17,667 nt of DNA from Thermoplasmatota archaeon (lineage in GTDB: Archaea > Thermoplasmatota > Penumbrarchaeia > Penumbrarchaeales > Penumbrarchaeaceae). Where the stretch lies: the NCBI GenBank assembly GCA_029762535.1, contig JARVGK010000046.1:1-17667 (forward strand), written 5' to 3'. Below, piece by piece: positions 1 to 8,780 of this stretch (within the stretch, counting starts at the first letter, position 1; every line of letters starts with the position of its first letter). A program made the position numbers and the translations under genes. The notes below the pieces were generated by a model, which saw only the letters and a list, made by a program, of their open reading frames with translations, made no database searches and was not told the DNA's origin.

Positions 1-477
1 ATCCCAAACGTTTTCATAAATTACTGAATGATAACCTCGTACTCCTGTAGCCCATTTTTTCGAATTATTCCCAAGATAAAAATTATAATATGAACTATCT
101 AATCCATTTCCTATAATAATTGCAGGACTACATTCTTTAAACAATATTTTGACTAAACTGGTTGATTGGATTCTCTCCTTCGCAAGGGGATTTCCTTTCG
201 GCTCATCGGTGATAATATGAAGGTGATATATTCCATCATTTGCAAGTGCAATGAATCCTGAAGGTATTATTGTTAAATAAAGGATCGATGGATCCCACTG
301 GCCCTTGTTCTCTATGAAAAGAGCCTTGGATTGGGAATAAAGAGAGATCACATCGTTTGATATCGATGTATCAATATTCCCCTCTCGGGGATCGGTATTA
401 CCCTCAAGAGCGAACACGGAAGGTAGTATCAACATTATGGCAAAGAGAATTCCGGCAAACGCTATCCGAGATCTCAT
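1..477 (-). CDS. Secreted surface protein, N-terminal part (runs off left edge); paralogue of 474..4829, probably SBBP beta-propeller/FN3 type
   Basis: Not in ORF track. Manual translation from ATG 477 (ATGA overlap with the stop of 474..4829) is open to base 1: MRSRIAFAGILFAIMLILPSVFA (signal peptide)...FFIENKGQWDPSILYL...ALANDGIYHL...SLVKILF...YYNFYLGNNSKKWATGVRGYHSVIYENVWD. This is collinear with FIENKGQWDPSILF...ALAKDGIYHL...TLVRILF...YNFFLGNDSSRWAPDCSGFDSVLYENVWP of the neighbour. Confidence 0.9.
   Translation of the reverse strand, partial: MRSRIAFAGILFAIMLILPSVFALEGNTDPREGNIDTSISNDVISLYSQSKALFIENKGQWDPSILYLTIIPSGFIALANDGIYHLHIITDEPKGNPLAKERIQSTSLVKILFKECSPAIIIGNGLDSSYYNFYLGNNSKKWATGVRGYHSVIYENVWD
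281..320. repeat. 40-bp exact direct repeat, copy 1 (copy 2 at 4645-4684)
   Basis: aggatcgatggatcccactggcccttgttctctatgaaaa is identical at both sites; it encodes the FIENKGQWDPSIL motif on the minus strand. Confidence 0.95.
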
Positions 478-3400
478 GATCGATCCTCCGGAGGCGGAGG
501 GATCTCACCCTCGCCAGGAGCGGGATCCCGGATCGCAGAGGGGATCGGGGGGCTGGAAGCATCCGGGTGCGGGGGGGATCCCCTTCTCCTCAACATAACC
601 GCAGCAACGATCCCGAGAAGAAGGAGGAGAACGACGATAAAAGAGATCGCAACTGCCAGAACAATCCCGGACCCCTCCTTCACCTTGCCCTCCACGGGAT
701 CAGATAATGGGCCCTCTCCGTTATCGTTTACTGCGGATACCCAATATTGGTATCTCCTTCCTCCTTCAACGTCTCGATCCACGTATTCGAGTATGTCCGG
801 CCCGACCTCGGCAATGAGTATAGTGCTTCTTTCGGAATATGATCTGTAAATCAGGTATTTTATGATCGGCAGTCCTCCGGTATCTTCCGGTGGATCCCAC
901 GTCAGTACGATTGAACCTCCGGATTCCTTCGCATCCAAATCGATCGGAACCGAAGGAAGACCGACAGGCTTTGCCTGGATCGGAGGGGAGAGAGGCCCTT
1001 CCCCAACCTCGTTCACGGCGGAGAGGGAGTAGTGATAGACCTGCCCGTTCTCGAGGGATCCGTCAATATACGATCCCTGGACCTGGTCCAGATCCAGCAA
1101 GAGAGATAGCGAATTGGGATCGGTCCCTCTGTAGATCCGGACCGCTGTGATGGTCCTTCCCCCATCATTTATAGGCGATCCCCAGAAGATCTCGACCTTC
1201 CCATCTCCCGGGAACGCCTTGATCCCGGTGGGGATCGAGGGTACTCCCGCGGGATAGGCCATTCCTGTCACCTCAGGGCCATCCCCTTGGGAGTTGAACG
1301 CTTTTATCTCGTAATAATACGTCCTGCCATTCTCGACGGCTGTATCGTTGTACTCCAGGACTTTACCCCCGACGAGATAGCTCTCTATCAACGAATACGA
1401 TAAGATCCCCTTGAATATTCGATAACCTCCGATACTGGCACCACCATCATCCTCGGGAGGATACCACTTCAAGAGGACGAACCCATCCCCCGATACTATC
1501 TCCAATTTTTCAGGTTTTCCAGGTTTATCTACAGGGATCATCGCTGATACGATCTCCGAGGGATCGGACTCTCCCGCAGAATTGACGGCGGTCACCCGGT
1601 AGAAGTACTCGATCCCCTTTTCTACCACATCATCCGTGAATGATCTATTTCCATAATCCATCTTTTCCGCTAATTTCCACTCATCAGAATTTTTCATTTT
1701 ATATACCTTGAATCCGAGGATCGGGTGGCCTCCATCGGACCTTGGATGATCCCATTTGATGTCTATACGATCAGGTTTAACATCAATGATCAGATTAAAT
1801 GGGGGAGAAGCCAGACCGACAGGTTTGAACGAATATTTTTCTGAATTGGGCCCAAACCCAACTACATTAAGACATTTTATTCGATAGGAATATTCGACTC
1901 CATTATTCACCGAAGTATCATTGTATTCATTCACTGTCCCGTTGACCGTTATCGTTTCTGTTTTTGAAAGATATGTTTTGGTGATATTGTAGTTAATAAT
2001 TCCTGTCCCTCCATCATCAAGGGGAGGTATCCAATTCAGATGAATGAAACCGGAACCTATCGTTGCATTCAGATCAAGGATCTTTCCAGGTTTGGTCATT
2101 GGTGTGGCTTTGATAATATGGGTCTGATTCGATTCTCCTACAAAATTGATGGCTGTCATCCAATATTCATATGACATCCCATTTGTCACCTCATTATCCA
2201 TATACGATAGTGAGGATGCATTTATCAAAATAATATTCATTGTATCTTGTGCTTTTTTAAACAGTCGATAAAAGAGGATATCTACATTTTTCCCTCCTTT
2301 ATCTATTGGAGAAAGCCAGCTGATTTCAATGGTGTTATTTCCAACTGATGATATATAAAAATCTGATGGAGGAAGAGGTTTTTTAGCCGGGCGTGTTGTA
2401 ACTATATCGGAGAATGGGCCCTCCCATACTTTGTTAATGGCCGTTATACAATAATAATAAACTATTCCATTTTCAACGGAGGTATCGTTGAAAAAATGAC
2501 CATAAGATGTTTTATAATATTTTAATAACCCCGACCCAAATGCTCTATAGACCGAATATTTTATCACTGGAGAACCTCCGTCATACAAAGGAGGATCCCA
2601 GGATAGATTGACAAATGAATCACCCCAGGAGAAATTCAGGTTCTCAGGGGAGGTCGGCTCACCGGTGAGATCGATCTTCGTAACAAAGATATCTGCATTT
2701 CCCGGGGCACTACCCCTATAACAGCCTGGACTTGTAGGGAAATCATTGGATATCGTAACTCCGATTACAGTAGGCTGATTCGATACCTCATCCACCAATA
2801 CATCCGTCCCGAAATCATACAGGTAACCACCTAGATAGGTGGAGTAAATGTTCTTGGATAGGTCGTAATTTAATTTCATATAAAAACAATCCAACTCTCC
2901 CCCGCCATATATGGGTTGGAGACAGGTTCTGTTTACGGGGAACATGCCTGCTGTGCTTCCTGTTATATGTATGAACCCTTCAGCATCCACGGATATCGAA
3001 TGAATTAAATCTCCATAAACAGCGCCACCGCCAATGTAAGTAGAGTATAACAACGATGAATTGACGCTGTCCATGCATATGACGAATCCATCCAACCAAC
3101 CATTATATGTTGGATCGTAACTGTTGTTCGTCATAGGCAGGTCTTTTGACCCTGTTATTCCACATGCATATATGAATCCATTTTTATCAACAGTTACATC
3201 TGTTATTTCAGTTATATCTGAACCTCCAAAGTATGTTGAATATGTAATAATAAATGAATTGGTATCCATTATCAAAAGAAATGCATTATTACCCCATCCT
3301 TTATTGGTTTTTTGGTAGGCATTTTCTGTAATATTGAAATCAAATGAACTAGTGCTTCCTCCAATGATTATATCGCCTTTACAATACTCGATTGTATAAG

Positions 3401-4829
3401 GTTTATCTCCTCCTGAACCACCAAAATAAGTTGAATAAATCAATGACATTTTATTGGTATCGAAACAACAAATGATCATGTCCCCATTTATAGTTGAAGA
3501 TATACTTTTCTGATAAGCATTTTCTGTTACGGGAAAGTCATTTGAATACGATGTTGCTGTAACATATATGTTATTAGAATTATCCGAACATATACTGGGA
3601 TCCTCCTCAGTTGAGGATCCACCAAGATAAGTCGAAGAGATGAGTTCTGTTAGTGAACCGCTAATCTTTGTGATGAACAAATCCTTATCTGTAGCATTTT
3701 TGGTTCTTCGATGAGATCCGTTTGTTGTGGGGAAATTAGTTGAGGAGGTGGATCCGACAACGATAATATTGTCATCAACATCGACGGTGATGCTTTGACA
3801 ATCGTCATCAAATATTCCTCCTATATATGTGCAAGAAATCATCATCGACCCTGTCTTATCGAACCTTAATATAAAACCATCATAATCGGTGGTTGTTTTC
3901 GTGGTTTCATAAGCCCCGTTGGAGACCGGAAAGTTCAAAGATCTAGTGGATCCAGATATCAAGTAATTACCCACTTTATCTTTACAGGATTCGAACGCGA
4001 CATCATGGTTCGATCCACCTATATATGTGGAGAAGTTCAAAGCGTTCACGTTGTATTCCGGATCGATAATAACTCTCATACTATCATCATATTCGGAGAG
4101 ATCGAACCGGTAGGTCGAACCTGAATGACGAAATGATGCTTCGATCCTTTCCCCATTCGGATGGAACACATCCAATCTAGAATCGGTAAGGGTGATGTCG
4201 ATCCCAGTCTCAATGGTTAGAGAACTTCCATAGGATGAGATCCCTTCCGAACCTTCGACCGTCATTCCTATCAGGTCTGGATCGGCACCCGGTTCCAATA
4301 TGATATCGTACTTGATCCTTCCATTTGTAAAATAATACCTTATGTCTATACCTGGCCATACGTTCTCGTAGAGGACTGAATCGAAACCGGAGCAATCTGG
4401 TGCCCATCTGGATGAGTCGTTGCCCAGGAAGAAGTTGTATCTTGTCACTACAGGATCCCTGCCCTCGACATTATCAGGCGATCCTCCCTCAAAGAGGATC
4501 CTGACGAGGGTCTGATCCTTAACGACGGTCTCAGTAGGGAAAGGGTTGGTGATGTTTTGTTCCATCTCTTCGAGGATCTGGATCAGATGGTAGATCCCAT
4601 CCTTTGCCAGAGCCAGCTTACCATAGGATGTCCGGGTTACGAACAGGATCGATGGATCCCACTGGCCCTTGTTCTCTATGAAAACGCTCTCCCCTGTGCC
4701 GATCTCATCAAATCGGATCGTATCAGGTGGAGGAATGTCATCATCGGATCCCGAGATCACATTGGGAATGAATATGACAAGAAGAACTGCGAAAGTGATG
4801 AGATCGCTGTGGCTTATCATGACCTTCAC
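474..4829 (-). CDS. Large membrane-anchored surface glycoprotein: signal peptide, FIENKGQW N-terminal domain, 7 SBBP-type beta-propeller repeats, 7 fibronectin type III domains, C-terminal TM helix, Pro-rich tail
   Basis: Seven [SC]TY[ILF]GG repeats, each followed by an S.[ND]FP-like motif. Seven FN3 units (P..P..L...W..P..DGG..I..Y..Y...D..V.NG..Y.Y...A.N..GEG). Hydrophobic GIVLAVAISFIVVLLLLLGIVAAVML followed by RRR. Many N-x-S/T sequons. The start may be GTG 4829 or ATG 4820. Confidence 0.92.
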   Translation of the reverse strand: MKVMISHSDLITFAVLLVIFIPNVISGSDDDIPPPDTIRFDEIGTGESVFIENKGQWDPSILFVTRTSYGKLALAKDGIYHLIQILEEMEQNITNPFPTETVVKDQTLVRILFEGGSPDNVEGRDPVVTRYNFFLGNDSSRWAPDCSGFDSVLYENVWPGIDIRYYFTNGRIKYDIILEPGADPDLIGMTVEGSEGISSYGSSLTIETGIDITLTDSRLDVFHPNGERIEASFRHSGSTYRFDLSEYDDSMRVIIDPEYNVNALNFSTYIGGSNHDVAFESCKDKVGNYLISGSTRSLNFPVSNGAYETTKTTTDYDGFILRFDKTGSMMISCTYIGGIFDDDCQSITVDVDDNIIVVGSTSSTNFPTTNGSHRRTKNATDKDLFITKISGSLTELISSTYLGGSSTEEDPSICSDNSNNIYVTATSYSNDFPVTENAYQKSISSTINGDMIICCFDTNKMSLIYSTYFGGSGGDKPYTIEYCKGDIIIGGSTSSFDFNITENAYQKTNKGWGNNAFLLIMDTNSFIITYSTYFGGSDITEITDVTVDKNGFIYACGITGSKDLPMTNNSYDPTYNGWLDGFVICMDSVNSSLLYSTYIGGGAVYGDLIHSISVDAEGFIHITGSTAGMFPVNRTCLQPIYGGGELDCFYMKLNYDLSKNIYSTYLGGYLYDFGTDVLVDEVSNQPTVIGVTISNDFPTSPGCYRGSAPGNADIFVTKIDLTGEPTSPENLNFSWGDSFVNLSWDPPLYDGGSPVIKYSVYRAFGSGLLKYYKTSYGHFFNDTSVENGIVYYYCITAINKVWEGPFSDIVTTRPAKKPLPPSDFYISSVGNNTIEISWLSPIDKGGKNVDILFYRLFKKAQDTMNIILINASSLSYMDNEVTNGMSYEYWMTAINFVGESNQTHIIKATPMTKPGKILDLNATIGSGFIHLNWIPPLDDGGTGIINYNITKTYLSKTETITVNGTVNEYNDTSVNNGVEYSYRIKCLNVVGFGPNSEKYSFKPVGLASPPFNLIIDVKPDRIDIKWDHPRSDGGHPILGFKVYKMKNSDEWKLAEKMDYGNRSFTDDVVEKGIEYFYRVTAVNSAGESDPSEIVSAMIPVDKPGKPEKLEIVSGDGFVLLKWYPPEDDGGASIGGYRIFKGILSYSLIESYLVGGKVLEYNDTAVENGRTYYYEIKAFNSQGDGPEVTGMAYPAGVPSIPTGIKAFPGDGKVEIFWGSPINDGGRTITAVRIYRGTDPNSLSLLLDLDQVQGSYIDGSLENGQVYHYSLSAVNEVGEGPLSPPIQAKPVGLPSVPIDLDAKESGGSIVLTWDPPEDTGGLPIIKYLIYRSYSERSTILIAEVGPDILEYVDRDVEGGRRYQYWVSAVNDNGEGPLSDPVEGKVKEGSGIVLAVAISFIVVLLLLLGIVAAVMLRRRGSPPHPDASSPPIPSAIRDPAPGEGEIPPPPEDRS
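4645..4684. repeat. 40-bp exact direct repeat, copy 2 (copy 1 at 281-320)
   Basis: Identical 40-mer; the flanking DNA of the two copies differs immediately on both sides. Confidence 0.95.
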
Positions 4830-4850
4830 TGTATCGGATCGACCTTTCCC

Positions 4851-4860
4851 TTATAATTTA
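4851..4860 (-). promoter_or_regulatory. Putative archaeal TATA box for the surface-protein genes
   Basis: TAAATTATAA on the minus strand, in the 39-bp gap after lysK, 21-30 nt before the candidate starts at 4829/4820. Confidence 0.5.
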
Positions 4861-4868
4861 CCATCGGT

Positions 4869-5828
4869 TCATTGTCGTATCGATGAGGAGATCGCCCCTT
4901 TCAACACCTGGATCCCCTTGATATATTCCTCCAGGTGGATCCTTTCATCATCGGTATGGTCCAATTTGCTGTCCCCCGGGCCGTAGGCGACTATTGGGGC
5001 TGTCCACTTCTCTCCCAGCACGTTCATATCGGACGTCCCGGTCTTGTTCTTGAAAGAGGGGGATCCTCCTGCATTGCGGATCGATCCCAGAAGCGATCTC
5101 ACCAGATGGGATCCCTTATCCGCACGATACGGAGGGGTGTCCTCAAGGACATAGAACCACGACTCAGAGGTGTTCTCCAACCGGGGCTTTGATCCCATCG
5201 GGTATCTGATATCGAGCCTCGCCTCCGTTCTCTCTATGTCCCCCTTCATGGACACGATCCTCGGATCGCACTTTTTTTTCACTTCGTTCAACATTTCAAC
5301 CGCGACCTCGGCGGAGAATCTCCCCTCTGCTCCGGAGTGCGAACGCTTGGCCCTCACCATCATGTCGGCCAGGATCCTGCCCCTGTACGATATCGTGATC
5401 CCGTTCCAACCCCCGGGCTCGAGCACGATGCAGGGCATCTGGGGCAGGGAATCCCTGAGCCTCCTTGCCGTCGAGGAGCATCCCTCCTCGTCGGGGACCG
5501 CAACGAGCATGACCCGATCATGCGCTTCAGGTAGCTGAGATAACGCGTACAGAGCTGCACAAAGCGGCCCTTTCGCATCAACGCTGCCCCTGCCTTTGAT
5601 GAACCCGTCCTCCACCATTATCGGCCCGCATCCAGGCACGGTGTCCAGATGCCCCAGGAGAAGAAGCCCCCTAGCCTTCGGGTTGACGATAACTGCCCCT
5701 CCATCGATGACAGCCTCCATGCCCTTATCCAGGCACCATTCCATCAGGAATCGGGTGCATCTATGTGTATCTCCGGTGACGGAATCGATGGACACTGCAT
5801 CCTTGAGTAACTCGATGGCCTCATCCAT
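4869..5828 (-). CDS. lysK: [LysW]-lysine hydrolase (M20 metallopeptidase, ArgE-like)
   Basis: M20 motifs LGHLDTVPG, GRGSVDAKG, DEEG, KTGTSDMN and YGPGDSKLDHTDDE; last gene of the lysWXYZJK run; overlaps the lysJ stop. Confidence 0.9.
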   Translation of the reverse strand: MDEAIELLKDAVSIDSVTGDTHRCTRFLMEWCLDKGMEAVIDGGAVIVNPKARGLLLLGHLDTVPGCGPIMVEDGFIKGRGSVDAKGPLCAALYALSQLPEAHDRVMLVAVPDEEGCSSTARRLRDSLPQMPCIVLEPGGWNGITISYRGRILADMMVRAKRSHSGAEGRFSAEVAVEMLNEVKKKCDPRIVSMKGDIERTEARLDIRYPMGSKPRLENTSESWFYVLEDTPPYRADKGSHLVRSLLGSIRNAGGSPSFKNKTGTSDMNVLGEKWTAPIVAYGPGDSKLDHTDDERIHLEEYIKGIQVLKGAISSSIRQ

Positions 5829-6966
5829 TCAGAACCTCTCCTATGGTTTGTACCGCATCATCTATGTCCTCTTCGGAAATGACCAGGGGGGGCAGGAAAC
5901 GGATCACGGTCGCCCCGGTCGGGATCGCAGCTATGCCCCTCTCCAGCAGCGCCGAGAGATAGGGTCCTGCCCTTACCTTCAACTCGAGGCCTATCATGAG
6001 CCCTCTGCCTCTAACTTCCCTGACCAGTGGATGCTCCATCTCGAGCAGCCCCTCCATGAACCTGGCCCCCAGCTCCATGGCGCGGAGGTCCAACCTTTCC
6101 TCCTCCATGAACTCCAGCGCCGCAACCCCCGCGGCGCAGGCGAGTGGGCTCCCGCCGAAGGTGGATCCGTGGGATCCTTTTTCCATCTGACCCATGGTCT
6201 CGCCGAGAACGGCGGCCGCGATCGGGAGCCCGCCTCCCAGAGATTTCCCGACGCACATGACGTCGGGTGTCACACCCTCGTGCTGTATGGCGAAAAAGTC
6301 CCCGGTCCTGCATAACCCCGTCTGGACCTCGTCAACGATGAGAAGCGCCCCCATCTCGTCGCATAGATTCCTCACGTCCCTGAGATAGCCCTCGGGAGGA
6401 ACATGCACGCCGCCCTCGCCCTGAATAGGCTCCAGGACGACTGCAGCGGTTTCCTCATCAACGATCCCACGAAGGCTGTCCATGTCAGCGAAATTGGCGA
6501 ACTTTACAGGCAACAAACAGCCCTCCATCCCCTGTCTGTGGGAGGGGTTGAAGGTCAGTGAAAGGGATCCCAGACTGCGGCCGTGGAACGCCCTCTTCGC
6601 CGCCACCAGCCCCCTCCTTCCGGTCTTCCCGAAAGCGAACTTGATGGCGGCCTCCATGGATTCCGTCCCGGAGTTGCACAGGAACACCCTTGACATACCG
6701 GGTGGTGAAACCGAAAGCAGTCTCTCCATCAGTTCCTTCCTGGATCCGTTGTCATAACTGGATGAGACATAGATAAGCTTCTTGGCCTGCTCCTCAATGG
6801 CCCTCACCACGCGTGGGTTGCAATGGCCCACGTTGCAGACCCCGTAGCTGGCTCCCATGTCGAGATACATCTTCCCGTCCGCATCCCATATATGGCAGCC
6901 CTCGCCGCGGACGATATCGATCCCCCTCTTGGCGATGACCCCCGACTCAAGTTCCGCCTCTAGCAT
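5821..6966 (-). CDS. lysJ: [LysW]-aminoadipate semialdehyde transaminase (class III PLP aminotransferase, ArgD-like)
   Basis: NSGTESMEAA, FHGRS, LEPIQGEGG, DEVQTG, GKSLGGG (PLP lysine), HGSTFGG; operon position. Confidence 0.92.
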   Translation of the reverse strand: MLEAELESGVIAKRGIDIVRGEGCHIWDADGKMYLDMGASYGVCNVGHCNPRVVRAIEEQAKKLIYVSSSYDNGSRKELMERLLSVSPPGMSRVFLCNSGTESMEAAIKFAFGKTGRRGLVAAKRAFHGRSLGSLSLTFNPSHRQGMEGCLLPVKFANFADMDSLRGIVDEETAAVVLEPIQGEGGVHVPPEGYLRDVRNLCDEMGALLIVDEVQTGLCRTGDFFAIQHEGVTPDVMCVGKSLGGGLPIAAAVLGETMGQMEKGSHGSTFGGSPLACAAGVAALEFMEEERLDLRAMELGARFMEGLLEMEHPLVREVRGRGLMIGLELKVRAGPYLSALLERGIAAIPTGATVIRFLPPLVISEEDIDDAVQTIGEVLNG

Positions 6967-7757
6967 ATGACGGTCCCCTCCCCGTTCAGGGCGCTTTCTA
7001 TAGGCCTTTGGGCGTTGGCGTTCGAGATCACGACCCTCTTTACGCCTCCTTCGAGCGCTTCCCTGGCGGCAAGGACCTTCTTCTTCATCCTGCCCTCGGC
7101 GATGTCCATGGCTTGATCGATATCGTGTTCGGCCACGGATCGGATCAGGCTGTTATCGTCCTTTACATCCTTGAGAAGCCCCGGTTTGTTCGTCAATAAG
7201 AGGAGATCATCGGCCTTGACAGCTGAGGCGATCGCCGCGGCCACTCGATCCGCGTCCGCATTGAGCCCACCGCCATCCGTCGCCTCTATCGGGATCGTGA
7301 TCACGGGGACGTATCCGCCCTTCAATAACAGATCGAGCAAGGAGGTGTTCACCTCCTCGACGGTTCCGGTATGGTCCCCGTGGAGGATCCGGACCCTCCC
7401 GTTCTCGACTATCCGGATCGATCCCTTCCTCTTTCCCCGGAGAAGCCCTCCGTCGATCCCGGAAAGCCCGAGGGCGTTCACCCCCTCTTTTCGAAGCCTT
7501 TCGACCAATCCCTTGTTCACGGAGCCGGCATACGCCATCCGGATCAGGTCCAATGTCGCCTCGTCCGTCACCCTCGAGGTATGTCCGGACGGCGAGGTCA
7601 CGAACCTCGGGGGGACCCCCATATCATCGGACAGTTTGTTCAGAAAGTCGGATCCACCGTGGACCAGTATGACATCCTTCCTCCCCGCCATGTCCCTGAG
7701 AAGATTGTCGAACCCGGTCCCGACCCCTCCTCCGATCTTGACGACGATCATGATCAT
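6960..7757 (-). CDS. lysZ: [LysW]-aminoadipate kinase (ArgB-like amino acid kinase)
   Basis: VVKIGG, VHGGS, SPSGHTSRVTD, GDHTG, NADADRVAA, GRMKKK, GEGTVI; the start may be the second Met (7751). Confidence 0.93.
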   Translation of the reverse strand: MIMIVVKIGGGVGTGFDNLLRDMAGRKDVILVHGGSDFLNKLSDDMGVPPRFVTSPSGHTSRVTDEATLDLIRMAYAGSVNKGLVERLRKEGVNALGLSGIDGGLLRGKRKGSIRIVENGRVRILHGDHTGTVEEVNTSLLDLLLKGGYVPVITIPIEATDGGGLNADADRVAAAIASAVKADDLLLLTNKPGLLKDVKDDNSLIRSVAEHDIDQAMDIAEGRMKKKVLAAREALEGGVKRVVISNANAQRPIESALNGEGTVIC

Positions 7758-7760
7758 GCC

Positions 7761-8777
7761 TCAGATAGGATGGAGCCCCGGAAACTCCAGACCCAGCCTC
7801 TCATCGAGGCCCAGGATCACGTTCATCGACTGTATCGCGCTTCCGGCCGCTCCCTTCATCAGATTGTCTATGGCGCAGAAAACGACCAATCTCTTTTGGT
7901 TGGGGTCCAGTTCGAAGCCGATGTCGCAGTAATTGGACCCGGACAGTATCTTGGGCTCGGGGTACCGGAAGTTGCCCTTCGAGGATCTGACGATCCTGAT
8001 GAAAGGCTCGTTCCTGTAAGCCGCACGCAGGTAACCCCATACATCTTTGTCCGCAAGGGGCTTATCAAGTTCGATGTGGATCGTCGTGGATATGCCCCTG
8101 ACCATCTCCACGGCATGCACGGTCATCATGACATCGACCCCGGTCTCCTGGAGGATCTCCGCCCTGTGCCGGTGATCTACGGGTGCATAGGGGCGGATCA
8201 CACCGCTCCTCTCCGGGTGATGGGACGATTCTGAGGCGGACCTGCCCGCAGCGGAGGATCCGATCTTGGAATCGACTATTACTCGCTTTGCTATCATCCG
8301 GAAGGGGTAGAGTCCCAGGACCGTGGACGTCGCCACGCACCCGGGGGCTGCCGCCCTTCCCTTCTCCACCATCTCGGCCCTGTGAAGTTCGGGCAGTCCG
8401 TAAGGGAAGGTGGGAAGCAGTTCCGGGGATCCATGGTCCTTGCCGTACCACTTCCTGTAGGATTCGGGATCATTGAGCCTGAAATCCGCCGAGGTGTCTA
8501 TCACATGCTTCGCATGATCCAACAGCTCCATCATCCTGGAATTCGAAGATCCGTGGGGGAGCGCGGTGAACATCACATCGACATCCATGATCTCTTCCGG
8601 GGATGTGAACCTCATATCGGAGAGCCCCCGAAGGTTGGGATGTGCCGAGTGCAGATGCTCACCCAGGGAGCTTGAGGACGTGATCTGGACCAGCTCGAGG
8701 TCCTTCCTGGACAATACCAACCTTGCCAGTTCTCCGCCGACATAACCCGAGCCGCCGATAATAGAGACCGTCGTCAA
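7761..8777 (-). CDS. lysY: [LysW]-L-2-aminoadipate 6-phosphate reductase (ArgC-like)
   Basis: GGSGYVGGE Rossmann motif, ALPHG, SADFRL, YGLPEL, PGCVAT (catalytic Cys), SHHPER, HRHRAE, IDNLMKGAAG; TTG start with GAGGTG upstream. Confidence 0.93.
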   Translation of the reverse strand: MTTVSIIGGSGYVGGELARLVLSRKDLELVQITSSSSLGEHLHSAHPNLRGLSDMRFTSPEEIMDVDVMFTALPHGSSNSRMMELLDHAKHVIDTSADFRLNDPESYRKWYGKDHGSPELLPTFPYGLPELHRAEMVEKGRAAAPGCVATSTVLGLYPFRMIAKRVIVDSKIGSSAAGRSASESSHHPERSGVIRPYAPVDHRHRAEILQETGVDVMMTVHAVEMVRGISTTIHIELDKPLADKDVWGYLRAAYRNEPFIRIVRSSKGNFRYPEPKILSGSNYCDIGFELDPNQKRLVVFCAIDNLMKGAAGSAIQSMNVILGLDERLGLEFPGLHPI

Positions 8778-8780
8778 ATG

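Noticed and set aside
1620-4000. Inserted mobile element explaining the AT-rich DNA
   Set aside because: The segment is in-frame coding for propeller and FN3 domains; no transposase, integrase, terminal inverted repeats or target duplication were seen.
474-4100. CRISPR array or DNA tandem repeat
   Set aside because: Periodicity is only at protein level (SBBP and FN3 repeats); there is no repeat-spacer DNA structure.
281-4684. 40-bp repeat pair as the template/variable repeat of a diversity-generating retroelement
   Set aside because: The copies are identical with no adenine-specific mismatches, both are in-frame at gene 5' ends, they are short, and no reverse transcriptase is present in the window.
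4869-8777. Classical acetylated arginine pathway argE/argD/argB/argC
   Set aside because: Adjacent lysW, lysX and a homocitrate synthase-like gene, plus LysZ/LysY/LysK-type motifs, indicate the LysW pathway.
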